DNA of 57,790 nt from Gammaproteobacteria bacterium (GTDB taxonomy: Bacteria; Pseudomonadota; Gammaproteobacteria; SZUA-152): positions 1 through 57,790 of the forward strand of contig JAJRWE010000181.1 of NCBI GenBank assembly GCA_024276955.1, given 5' to 3'. Under the pieces are notes generated by a model. It saw only the letters and a list, made by a program, of their open reading frames with translations. It made no database searches and was not told the DNA's origin. Shown here in pieces: positions 1 to 9,646 of the stretch (within the stretch, counting starts at the first letter, position 1; each line of letters begins with the position of its first letter). The position numbers and the translations under genes were made by a program.

Positions 1-760
1 GATGGGTAGCATTCGCAAAGTTACAAATATTTTCTATTCTGTTTTGTAGTTCTTTTGCTTTTGGGGGGATGTGAATTATAGTTGCATCACGGTCATCACC
101 CACATATATATCATCTGATACGCGCAGCCTGCCTACTGTGTCTGGATCGTCCATTGTGTTATTACTTAGAATTCTATGTAATTCATATAGAAGTTCAGGC
201 GTAAGTGACTCATTGGATATGTCCTTTATATATTCCATTGCATGATAATTATTAAGGATCATTGTTTCAGACTTATCACGTGGCTTACGTTTTTGCCTAA
301 GCATTTCTTTGGCTACTTTTCTAGTTGTTGCTGCACCTTCAAGCTGACTTGATGTTATTGACTCTTCAATTAATGAATTTATAAGATAAGTATCTCGTGT
401 ATTTGGGTTGGCTACTTGTTCCGTTGTTTTTAACTCTCCTCCCCCATGTACATCTATTTCATGTAATAACCGACGTACTGTATCAGGCTCGCCAAAAACG
501 AAAGAATTACCATCTTTATCTGAATGTGGAATATTTTTGTAAAGTGCTTTACGTGCAATTTTTATAGCTAACCACCATTCTTCATGATTTGACATTGCTG
601 AAGGGAGTTTTAAGTGCCTTAATTTGTCCCAGTGGTAGTACTTCCCTTTGGGGTCAGGTTTTATACCAGATGAGAATATTTCGCCCAGTTTCTCAGGGGT
701 GTGTTTGATTATATAGTCAATCAAGCTTTGAAAGCTGGGCGGGGAAGCTGGGATTTTCAC
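1..760 (-). CDS. Fic/DOC family protein, N-terminal 253 codons (3' end runs off the window start)
   Basis: Minus-strand frame is open from the window edge to GTG 760 (also GTG 802). It is absent from the ORF track because no stop lies inside the window. Translation contains YHWDKLRHLKLPSAMSNHEEWWLAIKIARK and ITSSQLEGAATT, which fits the class II Fic inhibitory motif [ST]xxxE[GN]. The catalytic HxFxxGNGR motif would lie beyond the window. Region is AT-rich. Confidence 0.75.
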   Translation of the reverse strand, partial: MKIPASPPSFQSLIDYIIKHTPEKLGEIFSSGIKPDPKGKYYHWDKLRHLKLPSAMSNHEEWWLAIKIARKALYKNIPHSDKDGNSFVFGEPDTVRRLLHEIDVHGGGELKTTEQVANPNTRDTYLINSLIEESITSSQLEGAATTRKVAKEMLRQKRKPRDKSETMILNNYHAMEYIKDISNESLTPELLYELHRILSNNTMDDPDTVGRLRVSDDIYVGDDRDATIIHIPPKAKELQNRIENICNFANATH

Positions 761-857
761 ACTTATTACCAATAAAAAATTTATTGGTAATAAGTGTAGC
801 ACCTAAAAATGCAATTTACTACCAAATCGGTATTAATTGGTAGTAAATTGGTAGTTG
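759..857. repeat. Cluster of inverted and direct repeats upstream of or overlapping the Fic start
   Basis: Perfect 18-bp arms ACACTTATTACCAATAAA-N3-TTTATTGGTAATAAGTGT (759-797). Inverted pair TTACTACCAA (816-825) / TTGGTAGTAA (837-846). Direct AATTGGTAGT at 835-844 and 846-855. Together these give five copies of ATTGGTA(A/G)T.. Confidence 0.8.
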
Positions 858-1057
858 TTAAGTTTTTATCTTGCTGATTTATATGATGTTATTAATTTAT
901 GGTAAATAATCTAACAGTTGTATTGAACGGACGTCCGCAATTTACCGACTTATACGGACGTCGGTATAAGTCCGCCGGCACAGCTTTCTCGTCGCCAGAT
1001 ACCCTCACCCTAATCAGGATATTTCCCGGAAACAAGGCGACGGTGTGTCAGGCGAGC

Positions 1058-2110
1058 CTACCCTATGGGGTCCACTTTAAGGCGATCAAGGAGCCGGGTG
1101 ACAGGGGCGGGCAGGCCACCGGGGGCGGTGTCCTGGGGGTGGTGCCACAGCCAGGTGTTGTCGTGCACGGCACGGGTTGCGATAAGGTGGGCGTGCACCG
1201 GGGTGATGTGGAGATGGAAGTGGCTGAAGGTGTGCCGCAATGGCGGCCAATGTGCGGCCTCTTCCACCTGTAACCCCCATTGCTCGCGGCCGGCTTCGGC
1301 GACGTCGCAGCCGGCAGGCAGTTCCGGCAGGCTGAGCAGGCCGCCCCAGATGCCGGTGGGCGGGCGGCGCTGCAGCAGTATCCGGCCTTCGGTGTCCTGC
1401 AGCAGGAGCATCACGGTTTCGCGCACCGGCAGAGTCTTCTTCGGCTTGCGGCCGGGAAAGTCGGCCTGTCGGCCTTCGAGGTGGGCGCGGCAGTCGGCGC
1501 TCAGCGGGCAACTTCCGCAGCTGGGCAGGCTGCGGGTACAGACCGTGGCGCCGAGGTCCATCATGGCCTGGTTGAAGCTGGCGCTGCGCTGGCGTGGGGT
1601 GAGCCGTTCGGCGTGATCCCAGAGGCCGTTGAGCACGGCGGTCTTCCCCGGCCAGCCTTCCAACGCAAAGTAGCGTGCCAGCACCCGTTTGCAGTTGCCG
1701 TCGAGGATGGCGTGGTGCTGATCCAGGGCCAGTGACAGGATAGCCCCGGCGGTGGAGCGGCCGATGCCGGGCAGGGCCTGCACCTGTTCGATGTCCTCGG
1801 GGAGGCGGCCGCCGTGTTCGTTGTGGACGATTTGCGCGGCGCGGTGCAGGTTGCGCGCGCGGGCGTAGTAGCCGAGGCCGGACCAATGGGCCAGCACCGT
1901 GTCCAGCTTCGCCGTGGCCAGTGACTCGATGTCGGGGAAGCGGGCCATGAAGCGCTCAAAATAGGGGATCACCGTGGCCACCTGGGTCTGTTGCAGCATG
2001 ATCTCCGAGATCCACACGCGGTAGGGTGTGATCTCACGCTGCCAGGGCAGGTCGTGGCGGCCGTGGCGGTCGAACCAGTGCAGCAGGCGGCGGGCGAAGT
2101 CGTCGCCCAT
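1058..2110 (-). CDS. mutY: A/G-specific adenine DNA glycosylase
   Basis: 350-aa ORF. HhH-GPD N-terminus ([19 protein letters not shown]), 4Fe-4S cluster [22 protein letters not shown]-like C-terminal domain. Confidence 0.95.
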   Translation of the reverse strand: MGDDFARRLLHWFDRHGRHDLPWQREITPYRVWISEIMLQQTQVATVIPYFERFMARFPDIESLATAKLDTVLAHWSGLGYYARARNLHRAAQIVHNEHGGRLPEDIEQVQALPGIGRSTAGAILSLALDQHHAILDGNCKRVLARYFALEGWPGKTAVLNGLWDHAERLTPRQRSASFNQAMMDLGATVCTRSLPSCGSCPLSADCRAHLEGRQADFPGRKPKKTLPVRETVMLLLQDTEGRILLQRRPPTGIWGGLLSLPELPAGCDVAEAGREQWGLQVEEAAHWPPLRHTFSHFHLHITPVHAHLIATRAVHDNTWLWHHPQDTAPGGLPAPVTRLLDRLKVDPIG

Positions 2111-4464
2111 CAGCGGAACAGGCCCTTGAGCGCCTTGTCCACTTCCTCCTTCACCTTTTCTTTGGCCTTTTCACGTTCCTTGACCACCGCCTTGTCGGCC
2201 TTCTCCTTAAGCTTCTTCTTCTGCCGCTCCAGTTCTTGCTTGGCCTTGGCGCCTAGCGCCGATTTGATATCCAGGCTGATCTTGGGATCGGCGAAGGACC
2301 CCTTTATGCGAATGGGGATGGCCAAACCCTTGAGTTCATCCAGCTCCTTGCCCGCCTGGCCGGTGGCGGTGTTGACGATGGTGGTGACGAGACGGTAATC
2401 GAGGCGCTCCCCGGGTAGATCCACGCTGCCCTTGCCTCGGATGCGCAGCAGCGGGGACTTGGCGTACAGATCCTTGTTGCTGACCACGCCGTCGGTGATC
2501 CTGGCGCTGGCGGACAATTCGGCGAAATCGGTTTTTTTCAGTTCCTCCGGCGGTGCCGGTTTGCCCTTCAGCTTGGCCTGGGCGCTGCGCAGCATGTGGC
2601 CGATATTGATGCCTTCGACTGCGCCGTTGAGAAATGTCATTTGTACCGTGCCGTTGAGGGTCTTCATCATCGCCTCGGGCTCGGTGCCTGCCGTGGTGAT
2701 TTTTGCCTGCAGGTTGGCGGTGCCGGAAATGGGCGCTTCATCCAGTACGTCCTTCAGCAGCGGACCCGCCTGCACGTCTTTGATTACCTCATTGAGTGCG
2801 ATCTTTGGCGTGTCACCGCGCGCGTCCATGCGGATGTCGCCGGCGTAGCTGCCGCCGTAGAGATTGGCCTGCAGCGGGTGCAGACGCAGCTGACCGTCCT
2901 TGGCCTTGATGGCCAGCAGGATGTCACTGAGGCGCGCATTGGCGGCCTTGAGTGTGCCGATGGTGATGCGGCCGTCCACATCCAGTGCACGCAGGGGCTC
3001 CAGCGGCAGGCCGGCGGCCTCCACGGCGGCACCGGCGGGCACCGGTGCGGGCGGGGTGTCGGGCTGCGGTGGCAGGTAGCGGTCCACGTCGATGCCGTCG
3101 ACGGCGAGCTTGAAGCGGATGGCGGGCTGGTCGAAGTTGCTCACGGTGGCGTTGCCGGTGAGCTGTGTATTGTCGGCGATCAACTTGAGATTTTGCAGTT
3201 TGATGGCGTCCAGTGAACCGTCGAAGGTCAGGGACAGGCTGGCCTTGTTGAGCACCTGCGGATCACTGGTTTCCGGCAGTTCGATATTGGCGCTGCCGGC
3301 CAGCTGCCGGGGCGAGAACTCCGCGATGCTGAGTCGGCCGCTGGCCTGCGGGGCGTCGATGATCTGCGTGGCGTCGAGGTTGCTGTCGATCTGCAGGCCG
3401 GCGGCCTTGATCTGCAGGGTTTTGATCGTCGCGGTCTGTCGGTCAAGATTCCACATGGCCTCCGTGGTCAGTGAAGACTCACTCAGCAGCTGGCTGGAGA
3501 GGTCGGGCGGCAGCAGGCCGGCGAGGGCCTGTGGGTCGCTGATGTCGATGCGGATGCGGGCGTCGCCGTTTTGCCATTGTTCGAGGCGCACGTCACCGCG
3601 TAGTTCCGTGCCGAGGACGTCGATCTGCAGATCGGAAACGGTGGCCTGTTGCGTGGTGAGATTGGCGGCCACCTCGGCGCCGAGGCGCAGCTTCAGCGGG
3701 CTGACAGGCAGGGTCTCGCCCTGGCTGTCGATGGTCAGCTGCAGGCCGCTGAGGCTGAGCTGTTGCAAGGCGTCGTCGATGTCGACGCGGGGGGAGAACT
3801 CGATATGGTTGCGCAATGCGGGTTCGCGGGTCGCCACGTCCAGCGAGAGGCGGATGTCCACGGGTTCGCCCAGGGCCAGGGCGCCGGTCTGCAACTGCAG
3901 GTTGTCGATGGTGATGTGCTGGCCGCCCTGCTGGTCGTCCCAGACGATGCGTGCATCGCTCAGTTCGACGCCGCCGATGGCCAGTGCCGCCAGTGGTGGT
4001 GGGCCGGATTCGCCCGTCGGTGGGGCTTTCTCAGCCGGGACTTCGGTGGCTTCCGTGGGCTGGCCGGTGAGGTCATCCCAGTTGCTGCTGCCATCGGCGT
4101 GGCGGGCCAGATTCAGCTGCAGGCCGCGCAGTAGCACGGTCTTCATTTCCAGCTGGCTCTTCAGCAACGGCAGCAGCTTGATCTTGATGTCCACCGCCTC
4201 GACCTGCGCCATAGGTTGGTCGCCAAACCCTGGTGCATTGCCCAGTCGGGTTCGGCCCAGTGTCAGGCCCAGCCAGGGAAACACGGAGAGCTGCAGATTG
4301 CCGTCGATGGTGAGTTCGCGGCCGGAGGCGTCGTGCACCGCGCTGGTGATGTCGTCCTTGTAGTCATTGGGATCGACGAACAGCAGAATGCCGATCAGGG
4401 TGAGGGCGATGAGCAGTACGGCGGCGCCCAGGGTATAAAGGGTGATCTTAAGGAATCGGGGCAT
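2110..4464 (-). CDS. asmA: AsmA family outer-membrane assembly protein
   Basis: 784-aa ORF with N-terminal TM anchor and AsmA-type N-terminus ([30 protein letters not shown]). Lys/Glu-rich C-terminal tail. Its stop overlaps the mutY ATG by 1 nt. Confidence 0.88.
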   Translation of the reverse strand: MPRFLKITLYTLGAAVLLIALTLIGILLFVDPNDYKDDITSAVHDASGRELTIDGNLQLSVFPWLGLTLGRTRLGNAPGFGDQPMAQVEAVDIKIKLLPLLKSQLEMKTVLLRGLQLNLARHADGSSNWDDLTGQPTEATEVPAEKAPPTGESGPPPLAALAIGGVELSDARIVWDDQQGGQHITIDNLQLQTGALALGEPVDIRLSLDVATREPALRNHIEFSPRVDIDDALQQLSLSGLQLTIDSQGETLPVSPLKLRLGAEVAANLTTQQATVSDLQIDVLGTELRGDVRLEQWQNGDARIRIDISDPQALAGLLPPDLSSQLLSESSLTTEAMWNLDRQTATIKTLQIKAAGLQIDSNLDATQIIDAPQASGRLSIAEFSPRQLAGSANIELPETSDPQVLNKASLSLTFDGSLDAIKLQNLKLIADNTQLTGNATVSNFDQPAIRFKLAVDGIDVDRYLPPQPDTPPAPVPAGAAVEAAGLPLEPLRALDVDGRITIGTLKAANARLSDILLAIKAKDGQLRLHPLQANLYGGSYAGDIRMDARGDTPKIALNEVIKDVQAGPLLKDVLDEAPISGTANLQAKITTAGTEPEAMMKTLNGTVQMTFLNGAVEGINIGHMLRSAQAKLKGKPAPPEELKKTDFAELSASARITDGVVSNKDLYAKSPLLRIRGKGSVDLPGERLDYRLVTTIVNTATGQAGKELDELKGLAIPIRIKGSFADPKISLDIKSALGAKAKQELERQKKKLKEKADKAVVKEREKAKEKVKEEVDKALKGLFR

Positions 4465-4577
4465 GGTTGCACTTCCGTGTTGGATTGATTCGGCAAGCGT
4501 AACCCATGGCGCGGTTGATTTCGATTCGCGGCGGGTGTCAGAATCGAGGTACAGTCCAATAAAAACAGTCAGGTAAT

Positions 4578-4958
4578 ATGTCCAGCACCGAAATCACCCC
4601 GGTTCAGCTTAGGGGCAATGATGGCAAGATCGCCGATGGCAAGCTGTATGCCACCCGCTATGATACCGGCGATCGTCTCCGGCGGGCGTTGCTGCGGCTG
4701 GTATTGCTGTGGGGTTTGGCCAGGGTGTCGCTGTTCATCCCCCTCGCCCACTTCGTGTTGGTGCCGGGGTTTCTCATTGCCGGGCCGGTGGTGGCGGTGC
4801 TGGCCTATCGCAGCTCGCAGGCGCGTGACCGCGCCGATGGCAAGTGCCCGCAGTGCGGGGAGGAAATCATCATCAAACTGGAAGCCCGGGACGAAATTCC
4901 CAAGTGGACCTATTGCCCGGCCTGTAACGCCGCGCTGCAGATTATGGAGTCGAATTAA
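4578..4958 (+). CDS. Hypothetical membrane protein with C-terminal CxxC..CxxC zinc ribbon
   Basis: 126-aa ORF with two hydrophobic helices followed by CPQCGEEI...YCPACNA. No family recognised. Confidence 0.6.
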   Translation: MSSTEITPVQLRGNDGKIADGKLYATRYDTGDRLRRALLRLVLLWGLARVSLFIPLAHFVLVPGFLIAGPVVAVLAYRSSQARDRADGKCPQCGEEIIIKLEARDEIPKWTYCPACNAALQIMESN

Positions 4959-5056
4959 TGCGTCCCTTTTTCGCTATTTTTGTCGTTGTTGTCATGATCG
5001 GTTCCGCGCTGACGGCGGTGGGACTGCTGTTGTTTCAGCTGGGGGTGTTTGGTTAA
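4958..5056 (+). CDS. Possible 32-aa hydrophobic micropeptide (MRPFFAIFVVVVMIGSALTAVGLLLFQLGVFG)
   Basis: Its ATG overlaps the upstream TAA (TAATG at 4956-4960). Single predicted TM helix. Below the ORF-track size cut-off. Confidence 0.35.
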   Translation: MRPFFAIFVVVVMIGSALTAVGLLLFQLGVFG

Positions 5057-5565
5057 TCCTGAACCGTTGCCAGTTGCTCGCCTGACGGCGGCTTTAGCAC
5101 CGGCAGGCAGCTGGACAGCGTCAACTGCGGGGGCTCGAAAGAGAAAGTGAAGTTACCGGCCTTGCGCAGCCCGCTGAGCCCCAGGATGTGCCGTGTACGG
5201 CCGGGAAATACGGCGGCCTCCACATCATGCAGCTCGCAGTTATCGCCCAGACGGATGACATCGAGGCGATACACGGCGACCCGCTTGCGCTGACCGTTGG
5301 CGAGGATACCGATGAGATCCCTGACGAAGCTGGCCCTGCCCTGTTCCTGCAGCATTGCCAGACTGTGTTCGTTGATGGTGTTGTAGCTGGAGCCCGTATC
5401 GACGAGAAAGTCGACCGCCCCGACCCCTGCAATCTCACCCTGCACATAAAAAGTCCTGGCACTCTTCTCCGTCATTGGCACAACGTGGCCTGCAGGCATG
5501 GCCGCAGAAGCGCCGCCCACAACAAGCAGCAACAGCCCATAAAGCAATCGCTTAACTGATATCAC
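5053..5565 (-). CDS. Secreted retropepsin-like (clan AA) aspartic protease
   Basis: 170-aa ORF with signal-like N-terminus and the active-site motif FLVDTGSS. GTG start preceded by GAGGGGA. Confidence 0.75.
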   Translation of the reverse strand: MISVKRLLYGLLLLVVGGASAAMPAGHVVPMTEKSARTFYVQGEIAGVGAVDFLVDTGSSYNTINEHSLAMLQEQGRASFVRDLIGILANGQRKRVAVYRLDVIRLGDNCELHDVEAAVFPGRTRHILGLSGLRKAGNFTFSFEPPQLTLSSCLPVLKPPSGEQLATVQD

Positions 5566-5680
5566 CGGTCATTCCCCTCTCTCGTTGTGTATGCCGCTGT
5601 ATGCAGAAAGGCGGCCTGCTTAAATCATAGTGGCAAGTCGGTGGATAATCTTGAGAGGCTGCTGAGCGCGGTTGGGGTGA

Positions 5681-5845
5681 CGACTGCATGGAGAAGGTGA
5701 GATCGGGAACCGATCAAGAGGCTGGCCTGGGCCATGCAGGAGGTAGGGCAACGCATGGAACAATTGCCGAGGCGGGCACTCAGAGCTGCTGGGCAGGTCG
5801 TTCAACCGATTAATCTAGGTTGAACATGGCTTTGGAGGTGAATTT
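5681..5845 (+). mobile_element. Group II intron-like RNA fragment (no ORF)
   Basis: 75-nt core (5681-5755) matches 57322-57396 at 66/75 positions (hand count). Looser similarity continues to about 5845 / 57478, the segment just 5' of the RT remnant at the window end. Confidence 0.45.
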
Positions 5846-5923
5846 TTGTTCTGGCCTGTTGGGGTTCACAAAAAACATTCACCCCAACCTACGTGCTGCG
5901 TGCGCACGTTCCGTTTTTCCACA

Positions 5924-7279
5924 TCAAGTATGCCGAAACAGCGCTGGCTCCAGCTGGTGGCGGTGCAGTAGCTTGTAAAAGTCGGTGCGGTTGCGCTGGG
6001 CCAGACGGGCGGCCTGGCAGACGTTGCCGCGGGTCATTTGCAGGATCTGTACGAGGTAGTCGCGTTCGAACTGGCTGACGGCCTCGCCCAGTGGCAGTAT
6101 CTCCCGGCCCTTGCCGCGCAGGGCACGCTGCACCAGGGCGGCGGAGATGACCGGGGTGGTGGTGAGGGCCGAGACCTGTTCGACGACATTGAGTAGTTGG
6201 CGGATGTTGCCCGGCCAGGGGGCGGCCATGAGCAGTTCCATGGCCTCGCGGGAGAAGGAGCGGGCCTGGCAGTTTTTGCTGCGTTGTTGCAGCTGGCCGA
6301 GGAAGTGGTTGGCGAGTAGCGGGATGTCTTCGCAACGCTCGGCCAGGGCGGGCAGCTCCAGCATGACGACGTTGAGTCGGTAGTAGAGGTCTTCGCGGAA
6401 TTCGCGTTCGTCGATGGCGGCCTCAAGGTCGCGGTGGGTGGCGGAGATGATGCGCACGTCCACCGGCAGCGCCTGGGTCATGCCCAGCGGTCGTACCTCC
6501 CCTTCTTGAAGTACGCGCAGCAGCTTGCTCTGAAATTCCAGCGGCATATCACCGATTTCATCGAGAAACAGGGTGCCGCCGTTGGCGGCTTCGAACAGGC
6601 CGGTGTGGTTGCGGTCGGCGCCGGTGAAGGCACCCTTGCGATGGCCGAACAGCTCTGACTCCAGCAGGGCCTCGGGGATGGCGGCGCAGTTGATGGCGAC
6701 GAAGGGGCCTTGGTGGCGCGGGCTGGCGGCGTGGATGGCCCGCGCCAAGCGTTCCTTACCGGTACCGCTTTCGCTCTGCACGAGGATGCTGACGTCTGTC
6801 TGTGCGACACGCCAGGCCTGTTTCAGCAGCTCGTCCATGCGCGGGCTGGCGGTGACGATCTCGCGTCGCCATGCCTGGTCTTCGTCGTCATTTCCGCTAT
6901 CGGTTTGCGGTCCGGCGTGCTGCAGGGCGGTGGCGATATTTTCCAGCAATTGCTGGCTGTCGAAGGGCTTGGTCAGGTAGCTGAACACGCCCTGGCGGGT
7001 GGCGTCCACGGCATCGGGGATGGTGCCGTGGGCCGTGAGGATGATCACCGGCAGCGAGGGGTAGCGGCTGTGCACTTCGTTGAACAGGGTGAGGCCGTCC
7101 ATGCCTTCCATGCGCAGGTCGGTGATGATGACCTGGGGCTGGAAGGTGGGCAGGCGGGCCAGGGCATGACGACCGCTGGCGGCTGCTGCCACGTCGAAAC
7201 CGGCGGCCTTGAGGCGCATGGACAGCAGCCGCAACAGGCTGGCGTCATCGTCAACCAGGAGTATCTTGCTTTGGCTCAT
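5924..7279 (-). CDS. glrR: Sigma-54-dependent response regulator, GlrR/QseF-like
   Basis: 451 aa. Receiver domain ([15 protein letters not shown]), AAA+ activator core with GAFTGA, C-terminal HTH. Near-colinear with E. coli GlrR as I remember it. Sits in a glrK-qseG-glrR gene order. Confidence 0.85.
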   Translation of the reverse strand: MSQSKILLVDDDASLLRLLSMRLKAAGFDVAAAASGRHALARLPTFQPQVIITDLRMEGMDGLTLFNEVHSRYPSLPVIILTAHGTIPDAVDATRQGVFSYLTKPFDSQQLLENIATALQHAGPQTDSGNDDEDQAWRREIVTASPRMDELLKQAWRVAQTDVSILVQSESGTGKERLARAIHAASPRHQGPFVAINCAAIPEALLESELFGHRKGAFTGADRNHTGLFEAANGGTLFLDEIGDMPLEFQSKLLRVLQEGEVRPLGMTQALPVDVRIISATHRDLEAAIDEREFREDLYYRLNVVMLELPALAERCEDIPLLANHFLGQLQQRSKNCQARSFSREAMELLMAAPWPGNIRQLLNVVEQVSALTTTPVISAALVQRALRGKGREILPLGEAVSQFERDYLVQILQMTRGNVCQAARLAQRNRTDFYKLLHRHQLEPALFRHT

Positions 7280-7883
7280 GGGCCTTTTCCCCCTCCTTGC
7301 CCGTTACTGGGTTTTCTACTGCGCGCTCCTTTGCGTTGATGTCCTGTTCGATGGACTTGAGTTGATCCAGCTGTGATTGCTGGGCCTTTACGCGCTGCCG
7401 CAGGGATGCTGTGGTGGCCTGCAGCTGCTTGAGTTTTTTTGTCAGCGCCTGTGCGTGCTGCCTTTCCTGGGCAAGGGCTTTTTCCAATGCCGCCTGTGCC
7501 GTCAGCAACCGCTGGCGTTCGGCCAGCTCGTCCGCCAGCTGCTGTGCCAGCCCTCGCTGTGGATGCCGCGCATTGGCGGGATCGGCGAGAAAACCGGCCA
7601 GCATCCTGGCGGCCTCCGTGTCGTCACGGAAGGGGACATCGGGTCTGCCGAGCAGCAGTGCCAGGCGCAGGCGGTTGCAGCTGTCGGCTGCTCCTCCGTT
7701 GGGTTGCAGGGCCTCACGCATTTCCTGCCCGGCGGTAGCGGACAGTCGGGAAGCGATGCTGTGGAATTCGAGTACATCGCCGCAATTTTCGGCCCCGGTC
7801 TGCGGCCTGCTGTCGAGTTGCAATGGCGCGCAGGCGCTCAGCAGTGATAGTGCAATAATCGCCCCGGCTTGCTGGCGGATCAT
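7251..7883 (-). CDS. Lipoprotein with coiled-coil C-terminus, QseG/YfhG-like by position
   Basis: Lipobox LLSAC. Gln/Leu-rich coiled coil (LKQLQATTASLRQRVKAQQSQLDQLKSIEQD) and an acidic/Pro tail, like E. coli QseG. Lies between the kinase and the regulator. Start chosen at ATG 7883 (alternative 7913). Overlaps the glrR start by 29 nt. Confidence 0.55.
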   Translation of the reverse strand: MIRQQAGAIIALSLLSACAPLQLDSRPQTGAENCGDVLEFHSIASRLSATAGQEMREALQPNGGAADSCNRLRLALLLGRPDVPFRDDTEAARMLAGFLADPANARHPQRGLAQQLADELAERQRLLTAQAALEKALAQERQHAQALTKKLKQLQATTASLRQRVKAQQSQLDQLKSIEQDINAKERAVENPVTGKEGEKAHEPKQDTPG

Positions 7884-7899
7884 GAAGTTACGTGCCTCT

Positions 7900-9372
7900 T
7901 TATGCATTTGCATCGTGTTCGCCTGCCAGGGGCAGGGTAACGCACAGGTGCGCCCCTGCCTTGCTGTCCTGCGCCGTGATGTCGCCCCCGTGCAGGCGGG
8001 CATAGCGCTGGGCGATGGCTAGCCCCAGCCCGGTGCCTTTGACGTGGCTGCGCGGTGGCTGCCGGCCCTGAAAAAAGGGCTCGAAAATGCGTTGCCGCTC
8101 CGCGTCGGGAATACCGGGCCCCTCATCTGTGACATCGATACGGACCTGATCGTTCTCGATATGCAGGCTGAGCCGGACCTGTCCATTCTCCGGCGAGTAT
8201 TTGATGGCGTTGGATAACAGGTTGTCGAACAGGGTGCGTAACTGTTCGCGCTCGCCGCACAGGCTAACCGCTTGCAGCTCGCTGTGCACGGAAATCTTTC
8301 GTGCCTGTAGCGCCAGGCGGTGCTTGTTGATGATCTCTGGCAGCAGTGTATGCAGCTCGACGGTCTCCTGACGCAGCAGGCTACTCTGCGCCAGGGCGGC
8401 GTTGAAGTTCAGCAGGGCCTCCACCTGCGCCTGCAGTTGGAGGCTGCTTTCGCGCAGGATGTCGGCCACTTCCGTCTGTTCACTGTTGAGTGTGCCGACC
8501 ACCTCCTCGCGCAGCAATTCCACGCCCTCGCGGATGGCCGTCAGCGGTGTTTTCAGCTCGTGGGAGACGTGGTGCAAAAAGGCCTGTTTCTGTTCATCCA
8601 GTTCGGACAGCCGCCGGCGCAGCCAGTCGAGTTGCTCGCTGAGTTCACGGATATCCTGTGGGCCGCCAACGGCTACTGCCGTCGTCAATTCGCCAGCGCC
8701 GAGATGACGGATGGCCACCCCCAGACGGCGCAGCGGGCGGCTGATGAGAATGCTGAAGACCACTGCCAGGATCAGTGCCAGCGGAATCAGCCCCAGCGCC
8801 TGCCACAGCAACTGGCGCTGCACGTCCTCAACCTGACGGGTCATGGCGTTGCTCTCTTCAGCGATCATTTGCGTAACCTCGAAGGGAATCGGGCGCGCCA
8901 GGCGGGTCAGGTCGTGCTCTTCCGTCAGCTTTTTTGACAAGCCCGACGGCAGTTTTGCGGGCATTCCGGCCACCTCGTGAAGCTTTCGGTACAGGGCCTC
9001 TTCCTGCTGGCGTAATTGCGACAACCGCTGTGCCAGGCTCTTGGTCAGCGCCAGCTCTTCCAGCTGGGCCATGGCCTTGGCGAGCTGGCTGCGCTGATCC
9101 TCATAGCGTTGCAGCACGGCGGAGTCGCGCAGCACCAGGTACTGGCCGGTGCTGCGTTCCATATTCAACACCTGGGTCATGATGATGCGGCTGGCCTCGA
9201 CTGCCCGGGATGAGTCGCGAACGGCAAGTTGCATCTGCACCGAGAGCTTGTCGATGAGCACAAAGGTATTCACCAGCGCCGCCGCGAGAGGTAGTGCGGC
9301 GAGAAAGAAGCCGATCAGCGCCAGTTGGAAAATCGAGGTGGGCAGGGTGAGCCGCATGGTGTAATTCATCAC
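7900..9372 (-). CDS. glrK: Sensor histidine kinase, GlrK/QseE-like
   Basis: 490 aa. Two TM segments, HAMP, HisKA H-box FLHHVSHELKTPLTAI, HATPase C-terminus. GTG 9372 or ATG 9369 start. Confidence 0.8.
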   Translation of the reverse strand: MMNYTMRLTLPTSIFQLALIGFFLAALPLAAALVNTFVLIDKLSVQMQLAVRDSSRAVEASRIIMTQVLNMERSTGQYLVLRDSAVLQRYEDQRSQLAKAMAQLEELALTKSLAQRLSQLRQQEEALYRKLHEVAGMPAKLPSGLSKKLTEEHDLTRLARPIPFEVTQMIAEESNAMTRQVEDVQRQLLWQALGLIPLALILAVVFSILISRPLRRLGVAIRHLGAGELTTAVAVGGPQDIRELSEQLDWLRRRLSELDEQKQAFLHHVSHELKTPLTAIREGVELLREEVVGTLNSEQTEVADILRESSLQLQAQVEALLNFNAALAQSSLLRQETVELHTLLPEIINKHRLALQARKISVHSELQAVSLCGEREQLRTLFDNLLSNAIKYSPENGQVRLSLHIENDQVRIDVTDEGPGIPDAERQRIFEPFFQGRQPPRSHVKGTGLGLAIAQRYARLHGGDITAQDSKAGAHLCVTLPLAGEHDANA

Positions 9373-9381
9373 CGGTTACTA

Positions 9382-9646
9382 GTACATCGTCAAGGCTATT
9401 TTGACGGGTTCAGTTGAACTGTCAGTGCTCGTGGCAAGGCACGTCTCGCCGCAAATGGCCATAGTCCTTTGCAAGAGGCGTAACGCTGCCATGAGTGCTG
9501 ACAGTTCAACCCTTCGGGCGATACCGTGGCGTTCCGCCACGGCGTTACAGCTTTTGACAAGGACTACGGCCATTGCCTGCAAGCTGTGCCTTGTTGCGAA
9601 ACGCCACGGTAACGCTGAACCCGTCAAAATAGCCTTGACGGTGTAC
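9382..9646. repeat. 265-bp nested foldback (MITE-like) element
   Basis: 32-nt terminal arms GTACATCGTCAAGGCTATTTTGACGGGTTCAG (9382-9413) and the inverted copy (9615-9646), 31/32 complementary. The interior halves are also inverted copies of each other. ORF-track ORFs inside it look spurious. Confidence 0.85.

Noticed and set aside
899-1273. 124-aa plus-strand ORF spanning the island/core junction and the 3' end of mutY.
   Set aside because: It overlaps mutY on the opposite strand, has no recognisable motifs, and starts in the AT-rich repeat region. Most likely spurious.
9425-9600. GGCAC..GCA strings inside the foldback that resemble sigma-54 -24/-12 elements.
   Set aside because: The GG-to-GC spacing is 10 or 13 nt instead of 12, so they do not fit the promoter geometry.
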